The position numbers and the translations under genes were made by a program. The notes beneath the pieces are model-generated. The model was not told the origin of the DNA and made no database searches. It saw only the letters and a list, made by a program, of their open reading frames with translations. Source: Candidatus Eiseniibacteriota bacterium (GTDB taxonomy: Bacteria; Eisenbacteria; RBG-16-71-46; CAVPCR01). From it: 64,000 bases of DNA. The stretch is from assembly GCA_963702435.1 (NCBI GenBank), contig CAVPCR010000005.1, forward strand, positions 224,001 to 288,000, in the 5' to 3' direction. Shown here one piece after another: positions 9,812-18,887 of the stretch. Position 1 is the stretch's first letter. Each line of letters opens with the position of its first letter.

Positions 9812-10330
9812 CTAGTTTCCGGTGTAGGTCGCGGTCAGCGTGATGGTGCCCGTGTAGAGGCCCGCCGCCTGCGCCGCCGCCGGCTGCACGGTGCCGCCGA
9901 TCCAGGTGTAGAGCTCGGCCAGCGGGGAGCTGATGTTCGCGGTCGCGATCGCGATCGGGTTGAAGGTCGTGGCAGCACCGGGGTTGTTGCTCGTGTGATG
10001 CGCGGCATCCGTCGCGCCGTACACGATCGGCATCGTGTTGGCACCGCCGTCGGAGAGCGTGGCCGGGAGCGCGGTGAACTGGAGGGTGACCTCCGCACCC
10101 GCCGTGCCCTGGACGAGCCAGCGACCGGCCGAGGCGTTGGTGACCGGGATCGACTTGTTCGCGCCCGGGATCACGTTCCCGAACTCGAGATTCTGCTGCG
10201 GGGTGACCTGGATCGGGGTCATCACGTTGGCGCGGGCGAGAATGTTGCCGCTCGCCGTGCCCTGGGCCATGACGGCCGGGGCGTAGGCGAGAAGCACGAC
10301 GGCAAGCAACACAACTGCGAGCTTCTGCAT
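9812..10330 (-). CDS. DUF4402-like fimbrial subunit, probable major pilin
   Basis: MQKLAVVLL signal peptide with AGAGGT RBS; NLEFGNV, WIGGTV, QAAGLYTGTITLTATYTGN; first gene of the operon. Confidence 0.78.
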   Translation of the reverse strand: MQKLAVVLLAVVLLAYAPAVMAQGTASGNILARANVMTPIQVTPQQNLEFGNVIPGANKSIPVTNASAGRWLVQGTAGAEVTLQFTALPATLSDGGANTMPIVYGATDAAHHTSNNPGAATTFNPIAIATANISSPLAELYTWIGGTVQPAAAQAAGLYTGTITLTATYTGN

Positions 10331-10490
10331 GGTTTCTCTACCTCTTTGATGGACGTGAGCGCGAATGGAATGGGCGCGCCGGAGCCGTGCTGGCGGGGGC
10401 GCGATCCCAATAGTCACAGCCTATGAATCGGACGGGACGCACGGGGGGTTAACCGGCGGGATCAGCGGGCGCGGAGGGCGGCCGGGTGTC

Positions 10491-11023
10491 TCATCCCGGG
10501 ACGAGCTCGGCGTAGACGGCGCGGATCTGCTCGACGACAGCCGGCCACGCGAACAACTGCGCCCAAGCGCGGAGCGCCGCGGCGTCCCAGGAGCGATCCA
10601 TGGCGGCGGCGAGCGCAGCAGTCAGGGCGTCGGGGTCGCCCGGCGGGACGAGGAGCCCGTACCGTTCGTCGGGGACGACCTCCGGCACGCCGCCCACGCG
10701 CGAGCCAACGACCGGTTTGCCGGCGGCGAACCCCTCGAGCACCGTGAGGGGCATCCCCTCGTTCAGGCTGGGCAGAACAAGCGCATCGGCGGCGCTCACC
10801 CACGAGGGGAGCTCGGCGTAGGGCCGGAGCCCCGCGAAGCGGACGTCGTCTGCGATGCCGAGCTCGCCCGCGCGAGCAGCGGAAAGACGCGCCGCGGGGA
10901 GAGGACCGTCACCGTGTCCCCGCTCGCGGCGAGACCCTCCACCTGGCGCGCCACGCTCATGAGCACGCCGCCCTGGGCTTGCCGGAGCGGCGTGTAGTCC
11001 TCGGCCAGGAAGAGAACGTGCAT
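10491..11023 (-). pseudogene. GT4 glycosyltransferase with a large internal deletion and frameshift
   Basis: N-terminus MHVLFLAEDYTP...VTVLSPRRVFPLLAR joins out of frame near 10870 to the C-terminus GELGIADDVRFAG...LPSLNEGMPLTVLEG; only about 177 codons in total. Confidence 0.75.
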
Positions 11024-11040
11024 CGCCGCGCGGCGCCGGG

Positions 11041-11739
11041 TCAGAGGTCGTCCCAGGTGGCGACCTCGGCCCGCGCGCGCTCGAAGTCGTCCATCTTGGC
11101 GACGTCCATCCAGAAGGCGTCGATCGGCTCGTGGCGGACGCGCCCACCGGCCGCGATGATGCGCGCGATGAGCTCGGGCACGTCCACGCGCCCGCCGGCC
11201 GGCGGCAGATGCGCGAGCGCCGCCGGCGATGCGGCGTAGATGCCGCCGAGCACGAGCCGCGTCTCGGTCGGCTTCTCGACCACCTCGTCGATCGCCTCCC
11301 CGTTGCCCCGGATCACGCCGTAGGGAATCGTGATCTGGTGGCGGACCGCCGCCGCCGTGAACTCGGCGCCGCTCGCCGCATGCCGGTGGAGGAACCCGCC
11401 GAACTCGAAGCGCGTGAGAATGTCGCCGTTCACCATGAGGAAGGGCCCGCCGAGCTGCTCGCGGATCAGGCCGAGCGCCCCGGCGGTGCCGAGCGGCTCC
11501 TTCTCCTCGACGTAGTCGATGGCGAGGCCGAAGCGGTGGCCGTCGCCGAAGTAGGACTTGATGAGCTCGCCCTTGTATCCGGTCGAGACATGGACGCGCG
11601 TGAATCCGGCCCGCGCGAGCTGGACGAGCAGGATCTCGAGGATCGGCCGGTCGCCGATCGGGAGGAGGGGCTTGGGGATGGCGTAGGTCAGCGGGCGGAG
11701 CCGCGTGCCCAGCCCGCCGGCCATGATCACCGCGTCCAT
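11041..11739 (-). CDS. Sugar-phosphate nucleotidyltransferase (NTP_transferase family)
   Basis: MAGGLGTRLRPLT...PKPLLP, EPLGTAGAL, VNGDIL. Confidence 0.9.
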   Translation of the reverse strand: MDAVIMAGGLGTRLRPLTYAIPKPLLPIGDRPILEILLVQLARAGFTRVHVSTGYKGELIKSYFGDGHRFGLAIDYVEEKEPLGTAGALGLIREQLGGPFLMVNGDILTRFEFGGFLHRHAASGAEFTAAAVRHQITIPYGVIRGNGEAIDEVVEKPTETRLVLGGIYAASPAALAHLPPAGGRVDVPELIARIIAAGGRVRHEPIDAFWMDVAKMDDFERARAEVATWDDL

Positions 11740-11814
11740 GGTTGGCTTATCGGCGCGCGGCGCGTCGATCTGACCCCTTCGTGCCGCGGTCGCGCCGCGC
11801 GCGCTGCGCCGTCC

Positions 11815-12816
11815 TCACACCGCGTACTCGCTCGGCCGGTAGAGCGCGGCATGATCGCCGATCCAGTCGATGGTGGCGCGGAGACCCTCGTCGAGGCCCA
11901 CCTCGGGACTCCAGCCGGCGAGCTCCCGCGCCCGCCGGTTGTCGGCGAGAAGCCGGTCCACCTCGCTCTTGTCGGGCCGGAGCCGCGTCGCATCGAAGAC
12001 CAGCTCGACCGGCCGTCCGACCAGGGCGACGATCTTCTCGGCAAGCTCGCGCACCGAGACCTCGACCCCGCTGCCCAGATTGACGACCTGGCCCACCGCC
12101 CGCTCGCACCCCGCAAGCGCGATGAAACCGCGCACCGTGTCCTTGACGAAGACGAGGTCGCGGGTCGGATGGGTGGCGCCGAGGAAGATCTTGTCGGCGG
12201 CGATCGCCTGGCTCACGATCGACGGGATGACGGCACGCGCCGACTGCCGCGGCCCGTAGGTGTTGAACGGCCGCACCGTGGTGACCGGCAGGCCATAGGC
12301 GCGATGGAAGCTCTCGGCGATCTGATCGGCGGCGATCTTCGACGCCGAATACGGCGACTGCCCGACCAGCGGATGGCGCTCGTCGATCGGCACGTACTGC
12401 GCCGTGCCATAAACCTCGCTCGTCGAGGTGTGGATGACGCGCTCGACCTGGCGATCCCGGGCCGCGGTGAGCACGTTCAAGGTGCCGAGCACGTTGGTCT
12501 CCACCACCTCGCGCGGGTGGCGATAGGAATACGGAATGGCGATGAGCGCTCCCAGATGGAAGACGGCACTCATGCCGTTCATCGCATCGGCGACCGCGTT
12601 CGCGTCGCGGAGGTCTCCAGCCACCACCTCGATCCGCTCCTGGAGCTGCGGCGCGAAGTCGTCCAGGAACCCGCGCGCCCCGCGCGAGTTGTAGCGGACG
12701 AAGGCGCGCACGCGCGCCTGCCGGCGGACGAGCTCCTCGACCAGGTGGCTGCCGATGAACCCGCCCGCCCCGGTGACGAGAACCGGCCTCTCCTTCCAAT
12801 CCATCGTGTCGGTCAT
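11815..12816 (-). CDS. NAD-dependent NDP-sugar 4,6-dehydratase (LegB-like SDR)
   Basis: VTGAGGFIGSHL, RYNS, ALIAIPYSY, TSTSEVYG, YSASK; ATGA-coupled to the upstream gene. Confidence 0.85.
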   Translation of the reverse strand: MTDTMDWKERPVLVTGAGGFIGSHLVEELVRRQARVRAFVRYNSRGARGFLDDFAPQLQERIEVVAGDLRDANAVADAMNGMSAVFHLGALIAIPYSYRHPREVVETNVLGTLNVLTAARDRQVERVIHTSTSEVYGTAQYVPIDERHPLVGQSPYSASKIAADQIAESFHRAYGLPVTTVRPFNTYGPRQSARAVIPSIVSQAIAADKIFLGATHPTRDLVFVKDTVRGFIALAGCERAVGQVVNLGSGVEVSVRELAEKIVALVGRPVELVFDATRLRPDKSEVDRLLADNRRARELAGWSPEVGLDEGLRATIDWIGDHAALYRPSEYAV

Positions 12817-13829
12817 TGAGCCCCCCCGCTGCGCGCGATCGGCGATGGCGGCGCGGCCTCCGGGCCGGCGGCCGCGGGCCGCTCGCGCCAGTAGTCTAGG
12901 AGATCGGCGAGGGTGGTGGCGAGCGGGATTCGCGGCTTCCAGCCCGTCGCCGCCGCGAGCCGGGCCGGACTCCCCCGCTGGAAGGGAACGTCGGCGGGAG
13001 CGAGCCGCTCCGGGTCGACCTCGATCTCGACCGGGACCCGGGCCAGACCGCACAGGATATCGAGGAGATCCCGGATCCGCCGCGCCGTCCCCGAGCACAC
13101 GTTGTAGCACTCTCCGGGGCGGCCGTGCTCGAGCGCCGCCACGTAGCCGCGCACGATGTCGCGCACATCGGTGAAATCGCGGTGGGCCTCCAGATTCCCG
13201 ACGCGCACGACGGGCGGCGCGAGGCCCGCCTCGGCGGCGGCGATCTGCCGGGCGAAGGCGGAGGCCGCGAAGTGCGGATGCTCGCCCGGGCCGCTGTGGT
13301 TGAAGGCGCGCGTGACGACGACCGGGATCCCCGCCGAGCGCCCGTAAGCGAGCGCCATCAGCTCCTGCGCGGCCTTGCTCGCGGCGTAGAGGGTCTGCGG
13401 GCGGAGCGGCGCGTCCTCGGTGATGGGATCCGAGCCGGCCGCACCATAGACCGCGCTCGATCCCGCGACGTGCACGCGCGGCGCGAGGCCCGCGGCGAGC
13501 AGGGCCTCGCAGAGGAGACGCGTCCCTTGCACGTTCACGGCGAGGAAGCGATCGTCGGTGGGACCCGCAGGGCGCCCGAACGTGACGGCGGCGAGGTGAT
13601 ACACGCGATCGGGTCGCGCGCCGGCGACGACCCGGCGCACGAACTCGAAGTCGGTCACGTCCCCGTCATGGTAGGCGGCGAAGGCCGGTCCGACATCCGG
13701 CGCGAGCGGCCCCTGGCCGAGACCGACGAGCCGCGGGGCGGGGCCGCCCGCGGCGGCCTCCCCGGCTAGACATGCAGCGAGATGCCTGCCGGCAAACCCG
13801 CTCGCCCCCGTGATGAGAATGGTGGTCAT
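12813..13829 (-). CDS. GDP-mannose 4,6-dehydratase / GDP-4-keto-6-deoxymannose reductase (Rmd-like SDR)
   Basis: ITGASGFAG, YAASK, RAFNHSGPG, FARQIA, GNLEAHRDFTDVRD. Confidence 0.82.
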   Translation of the reverse strand: MTTILITGASGFAGRHLAACLAGEAAAGGPAPRLVGLGQGPLAPDVGPAFAAYHDGDVTDFEFVRRVVAGARPDRVYHLAAVTFGRPAGPTDDRFLAVNVQGTRLLCEALLAAGLAPRVHVAGSSAVYGAAGSDPITEDAPLRPQTLYAASKAAQELMALAYGRSAGIPVVVTRAFNHSGPGEHPHFAASAFARQIAAAEAGLAPPVVRVGNLEAHRDFTDVRDIVRGYVAALEHGRPGECYNVCSGTARRIRDLLDILCGLARVPVEIEVDPERLAPADVPFQRGSPARLAAATGWKPRIPLATTLADLLDYWRERPAAAGPEAAPPSPIARSGGAQ

Positions 13830-13860
13830 CCGTTCCTTGCCCCGGCCGTCCGGACCGGAC

Positions 13861-15591
13861 TCACAGGGCAGCTTCGCGACGAAGGAACTCGAAGTCGCCG
13901 ATCCGCACCTCGCGCCGGTAGTTCCGCTCGAGGTAAGCCTTGAACTCGGGCACGCGCTCGATCTCCTGGACCGAGTCGCGCGGCTCGATGACGTTCTGGT
14001 CGTTGTGCACGATCGCGATCCAGTCCGGCGGATCGGCATCGACATCCGACCAGAAGAGCCTCCATGCCGCGGCCCGCGCTGACTCGGGCAAGGTCTCCGA
14101 GGTGAGGTAGTAGTCGTAGATGAAGCGGGTCGGGGAGCGACGTTCGGAGAGGAAGTTGACCGCCGGCTCGAATCCCCAGACGAGGAGCGTTTCCTCCGGC
14201 GTCAGGTTGGCCCGGGCCCAGGCTGCCGCCCGGAAGGTCTCGACCGGATCGACGTCGCTCCGCCCGCGGCGCGGCGTGAAGTGGGCGAGGAACTGATCCT
14301 CGCTCACGTCGCCGATCGCATAGTGATAGCGGAATCGCGCTTCCCGCCAGTTGAGACCGGCGAGACCCCACACTCCGATCGCGATGAGGAGCGCGGCGCC
14401 GAGTCGCTGCCACGGGGTCACGCGCAGGCGCGCCATGGCCGCTCCCGCCGGGGCGTGGGCGAAGAGCACTTCCCCGAGATGGGCCAGGCCACGCCCCCAG
14501 AGGACGGCCAGCGGGGCCATGATCGGATAGAAGTGATAGGACCAGAGCCGGCCCTGGGCGAGCACCTCGACGAACGAGGCGATGAGCCACGACAGGACCA
14601 CCCGGGACGCGAGCTTCGGCCAGCGGCGGATCGCGCAGTACGCGCCCGGCACGATGAGCGCGAACAGGCGCACGTCGAGGAGCCGCCTGAAGGAGTTCGG
14701 GAAGAGCCCGATCACGCCGGGGATGCTGCGCAGCCCCTCGCTGCCATAGACGATGTTGAGGAGGAAGACCTGCTCGATGAAAGGACGGAGCGCCTGGTGA
14801 TAGGCGAAGTAGCCTACCGCCGCCGCCCAGGGGATCAGGAGTCCGGCCACGATCGCGCCCGCGCGGAGGAGATCGAAGCGCGGCAACGCGGCGAGGAGCG
14901 CGACGATCACGGCGAGCGCGGTCGGCTTGCCGAGCGTCGCCGTGCCCAGGCAGACGCCGGCGAGGAACCACCAGCGCGCGCGTCGCGGCGGATGCACTGC
15001 CGGCGCGCCGGGCGCGGGCGCCGCGGCCGGCGCCGCATCGTCGTCCCCGTGCGCGCCGGGCGGCGTCCCGGCGAGAAGCGCGATCAGGATGCTCGCGATG
15101 ACGAGCGGTTCCATGAAGGCCTCGGCCTGCGCCCCGTTCCAGTACGCGCCGAGGCCGCTCACGCTCACGAAGAGAAGATAGACGGCGCCGGCGAACAGCC
15201 CGTAGAGCAGCCGGCCGCTCACCCGGGTCGTGATCCAGGTGACTCCGAGCCCGCCAACGAGGGTGGCCAGCCAGGCATGGAGACGGATGGCCGACATGCT
15301 GTGGCCGAAGAGGGACAGGCTCAGGGCGTAGGCGGCGAACGGCAGCGGCCCCTTGTGCTCGAGACCCGCCTCGAGATATGGGATCTCCCCGTGGAGCCAG
15401 CGCCAGCCGATGTAGGCGAAAACCCCCTGGTCGCGCCCCGGTGGATCGGTGAGGTACAGGAAGCCGATGAGGGCAGCCGCCGCGAAGGCCCCCAGGGCGA
15501 TCACGAGCCCCAGGCCCTGGCTCACCAGGCGCCACACACCCGTTTTTCCCGGGCGGCGGCTCCGCCGCGCCGGCTGCATCGTCGTCATCAT
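13861..15591 (-). CDS. GT-C fold membrane glycosyltransferase (ArnT/PMT-like)
   Basis: Multiple TM helices; RDQGVFAYIG...PY...EHKGP first-loop motif; the N-terminal 600 aa of the ORF-track call is antisense shadow. Confidence 0.72.
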   Translation of the reverse strand: MMTTMQPARRSRRPGKTGVWRLVSQGLGLVIALGAFAAAALIGFLYLTDPPGRDQGVFAYIGWRWLHGEIPYLEAGLEHKGPLPFAAYALSLSLFGHSMSAIRLHAWLATLVGGLGVTWITTRVSGRLLYGLFAGAVYLLFVSVSGLGAYWNGAQAEAFMEPLVIASILIALLAGTPPGAHGDDDAAPAAAPAPGAPAVHPPRRARWWFLAGVCLGTATLGKPTALAVIVALLAALPRFDLLRAGAIVAGLLIPWAAAVGYFAYHQALRPFIEQVFLLNIVYGSEGLRSIPGVIGLFPNSFRRLLDVRLFALIVPGAYCAIRRWPKLASRVVLSWLIASFVEVLAQGRLWSYHFYPIMAPLAVLWGRGLAHLGEVLFAHAPAGAAMARLRVTPWQRLGAALLIAIGVWGLAGLNWREARFRYHYAIGDVSEDQFLAHFTPRRGRSDVDPVETFRAAAWARANLTPEETLLVWGFEPAVNFLSERRSPTRFIYDYYLTSETLPESARAAAWRLFWSDVDADPPDWIAIVHNDQNVIEPRDSVQEIERVPEFKAYLERNYRREVRIGDFEFLRREAAL

Positions 15592-15666
15592 TCCGTAACG
15601 TTTCTCGGCAACCCAGGGGGATAGCTCAAGACCGCGCCGCTCCTTGCCGCAAAGAAGTGTGATTCT

Positions 15667-17403
15667 ATGACTTTCCCATCCAGACCGCGAGGGCTTCCGC
15701 TGCCGGCTGCCGGACATGGCCTGCCGACCGCCGGGCCCCGCCACCTCTCGCTCCTCCTCCTGATCGGGGGGCTCCTCGCCCTCCTCTTCCTCGCGCATGC
15801 CGTCCACCTGCGCGCGGTGACCGACGACGCCTACATCAGCTTCCACTTCGCGCGCCACCTGGCCAGGGGCTACGGCCTCGCCTGGAACGAGGGGGACCCG
15901 CCGCTCGAGGGATACTCGAACTTCTTGTGGGTCGTCATCCACTCCGTCGCCTACCGCGCCGGGCTCTCCCTGGAAAAGACGTCGCTCGTCCTCGGGCTCG
16001 CCGCGGGGCTCGGCGTCCTCGCGTTCGCCTTCGCCTTCGCGCGCCGCTGGTTCGGCGCCGCGGCGCCCCCCACGCTCTTCGTCGTGGCGTGGCTCGTCCT
16101 GTGCGGGCCGCTGGCCGCCTGGTCGGCCGGCGGGCTCGAGACATCGCTCTTCGCCTGCCTTGTGCTCGGCGGGACCTACTACACGGGGGGTTACGCGCGG
16201 CGCGGGGCGAGCGGCGACCTGGCGCGAGCCGCCACGCTCTTCTTCCTCTCCTGTCTCACCAGGCCCGAGGGCATCGGGGTGACGGGCATCATCCTCCTCG
16301 CGAGCACTCTCTGGTGGCCGCGGGGAAGCGCTGTGGATGGGACGCGCGGTCCGACGCGCGCCCGGCTCTGGCTCGGCTTCGCGCTCCTCGTCTTCGTGCC
16401 GTTCGCGATCTACACGCTCTGGCGCGTGAGCTACTTCGGATCGCTGCTCCCCAACACGTTCCACGCGAAGACCGGAGGCGGCACCGACCATCTGCTGCGC
16501 GGCGTGCGCTACCTCGTCTACTTTGCCCGCGATTACGTCGTGCCGCTGGCGTTCCTGGTCATCGTCCTCGTCTTCGTCCGCGTCCTCCTCGGCCGCGGCG
16601 CGCAGCGCGCATTGGCTGCACCTCGCGCCCCGGGCGATCGCGCACAGCAGTTCGAGACGCGGCTCCTCCTCGCGCTGACCGTCGTCTTCAGCGCGTATGT
16701 CGCGGTCGTGGGCGGCGACTACATGCCGATGTACCGCTTCCTCGTGCCGCTGGCGGCCCCCCTCGCCCTCCTCGCGGCGGCGGCCGCCGCGGGGCTCGGC
16801 GGCGGCGCCCTCGCGACGCGCGGGCAGCGCACCGCCGCCGCCCTGGCCGTGGTTCTCGCGCTCGGCCTCACCTTCCACCACTCGACGCCGCTCGAGCGCG
16901 ACACCTTCGGCAAGCCGCCGCTCCTTGAAGGCACCTATCGCGGCGTTCGCCTCCAGCGCTGGAACACGGCGCGCCTGAGCCACATCGGGCGGTACTTCCG
17001 CGACTACAGCCGCCGGCCCGGTGAGACGATCGCCGCGCGCGGCGTGGGCGCCATCGCCTACTTCTCGAACCTGCCGGTCATCGACGTGCTCGGGATCGTG
17101 GATCCGCACATCGCCCACCGGCAGTCGGACCGGCAGACGCTCCGGAAGAGCCCGCCCGGCCATGAGAAGCGCGACTGGCCGTACGTCCTCGATCTCGAGC
17201 CGACCTACATCGTGCTCAAGTCGCGACTCAAGCCGACTCCGCTGCCCGTCGAGTCGATCACGAGCGACATGGGTCCGGAGGAGGTGGAGCGCGTGCGCCG
17301 CGAGTACGAGGTGGTCGCGGTGTGGGTCGACGATCCGGTGACGCGCGAGTCCGGGTACTTCTCCTTCCTCGAGCGCCGCGGGTCGCGGCCGCCGGCGCAG
17401 TAA
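15667..17403 (+). CDS. GT-C fold membrane glycosyltransferase (DDAYIS family)
   Basis: TDDAYISFHFARHLARGYGLAWNEGDPPLEGYSN, GLET, TRPEG, LPNTFHAK, GGDYMPMYRF. Confidence 0.75.
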   Translation: MTFPSRPRGLPLPAAGHGLPTAGPRHLSLLLLIGGLLALLFLAHAVHLRAVTDDAYISFHFARHLARGYGLAWNEGDPPLEGYSNFLWVVIHSVAYRAGLSLEKTSLVLGLAAGLGVLAFAFAFARRWFGAAAPPTLFVVAWLVLCGPLAAWSAGGLETSLFACLVLGGTYYTGGYARRGASGDLARAATLFFLSCLTRPEGIGVTGIILLASTLWWPRGSAVDGTRGPTRARLWLGFALLVFVPFAIYTLWRVSYFGSLLPNTFHAKTGGGTDHLLRGVRYLVYFARDYVVPLAFLVIVLVFVRVLLGRGAQRALAAPRAPGDRAQQFETRLLLALTVVFSAYVAVVGGDYMPMYRFLVPLAAPLALLAAAAAAGLGGGALATRGQRTAAALAVVLALGLTFHHSTPLERDTFGKPPLLEGTYRGVRLQRWNTARLSHIGRYFRDYSRRPGETIAARGVGAIAYFSNLPVIDVLGIVDPHIAHRQSDRQTLRKSPPGHEKRDWPYVLDLEPTYIVLKSRLKPTPLPVESITSDMGPEEVERVRREYEVVAVWVDDPVTRESGYFSFLERRGSRPPAQ

Positions 17404-17534
17404 GAGCCCGGACGCGGCGCGACGGGTTGCGGCCGGCGCCTTCCCCGACCGCGGCGGCCGCGCTATCATGCCGCACGGTCTGATCGGCCACGGAGGACGA
17501 GCGTGAACGAGGCAGCGGTGCCGAGATCCATGTC

Positions 17535-18887
17535 ATGAAGCGAGGGCTGTGGATAGGCGGCCTGCTCGCCTACCTCGCCGTTCGCATGGTGCTCGCGACC
17601 CATCCGACCTATCTGGTCGACGTCCAGATGTACGCCCACTGGGGCCTCAAGGCCGCGACGAAGGGGCTCCCGGATGTGTATCGCACGTCCGGCATGGACT
17701 ACCCACCGCTCTACGCGTACGTCCTCTATCCGCTGGGCAAGATCTACCTGTGGCTCGCACCAGGCGGTAGCTGGAGCGTCAGCGAGTCGCGCCTCCTCAC
17801 CTTTCTGATCAAGCTGCCGCCGCTCCTCTTCGATCTCGCGATCGCCTGGTTGCTCGCCGCGATGGCGCGGCGGCGCGGCGCCGGCGCCACCTGGCAGCGA
17901 ACTCTCCCCGCTCTCTACCTGTGCAATCCGGCGGTGGTCTTCAGCACGGGATACTGGGGACATCCCGACTCGATGTACTGTTTCCTCGCTCTCGCCGCCC
18001 TCGTCGTGTTCGGATCCACCCGCCGATCCGGCGGATTCGCCGCCCTCTCCGGCGCGCTCCTCATGCTCGCCCTCCTCACCAAGCCGCTGGCGGCGCCGTA
18101 CATTCCGCTCCTCGCCGGTCTCGGCCTCCTCTGGCATGGCGTCCGCCGCACGCTCCTCGGCATCGCGGCTGCGCTCGGCACCGGCGTGCTCGTCTGCCTC
18201 CCCTTCATCCTGCGCGAGGGCGTAGTCACGTTCATCGGACACACCAGCGACAATCTCCGCGTGATGCCGTTCACGACCTGCAACGCGCACAACATCTGGT
18301 GGCTCATCGCACCGTGGCGACCGGCGGCGGAGGTGTGGGGCGGGCCGATCACGTTCAGCCATGCGGGGCTCGGCTTCGTCCTCCTCTTCCTCGCCGCGCT
18401 CGCGGTCCTCGCCTGGCGCACGCACCGGCGGCGACCCGGCGGCCTCGGCGCGGAGCAGGGAATCGCCCTCGCCGCCGCCTGCGCCTTCGGCTTCTTCATG
18501 CTGTTGACGCGCCTCCACGAGAACCACATGGTCCCCGTGGTCGTCTTCCTCACCGCCCTCCTGCCGTGGCCTGCGACGCGCACGGAGCGGCAAGCCCTCG
18601 TGGCCCTCCTCGCCGCCGCGAGCCTCGGGAGCCTCCTCAACATGGCGCTCCACGATCCGGATCTCTCGATCCTGTGGCCGCCCGCGGCTCCCGAGCTCAC
18701 GCCGGTGGAAATCATCATGGGCGGACGGATCTACTTCGGCCCGCACGGTGCGACCCGCTGGGCGGCGTGGCTCAACGTGGCGACCTTCCTCGCCTTCACC
18801 CTGTGGATCTTCCTGCCGCGCGGCCGCGGGCTCCTCGACCGGCTGGCGCCGGCGCCGCACCCGCCGCGAACGACGGAGACGCGATGA
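17535..18887 (+). CDS. GT-C fold membrane glycosyltransferase (Alg6/GT87-like mannosyl- or glucosyltransferase)
   Basis: DYPPLY motif, IKLPPLLFD, NPA...WGHPDS, RLHE; about 10 TM helices. Confidence 0.72.
   Translation: MKRGLWIGGLLAYLAVRMVLATHPTYLVDVQMYAHWGLKAATKGLPDVYRTSGMDYPPLYAYVLYPLGKIYLWLAPGGSWSVSESRLLTFLIKLPPLLFDLAIAWLLAAMARRRGAGATWQRTLPALYLCNPAVVFSTGYWGHPDSMYCFLALAALVVFGSTRRSGGFAALSGALLMLALLTKPLAAPYIPLLAGLGLLWHGVRRTLLGIAAALGTGVLVCLPFILREGVVTFIGHTSDNLRVMPFTTCNAHNIWWLIAPWRPAAEVWGGPITFSHAGLGFVLLFLAALAVLAWRTHRRRPGGLGAEQGIALAAACAFGFFMLLTRLHENHMVPVVVFLTALLPWPATRTERQALVALLAAASLGSLLNMALHDPDLSILWPPAAPELTPVEIIMGGRIYFGPHGATRWAAWLNVATFLAFTLWIFLPRGRGLLDRLAPAPHPPRTTETR

Noticed and set aside
15592..17469. 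N-terminal 600 aa of the 1202-aa ORF 13861..17469
   Set aside because: Antisense shadow of the GT-C gene at 15667-17403; the real gene starts near 15591.
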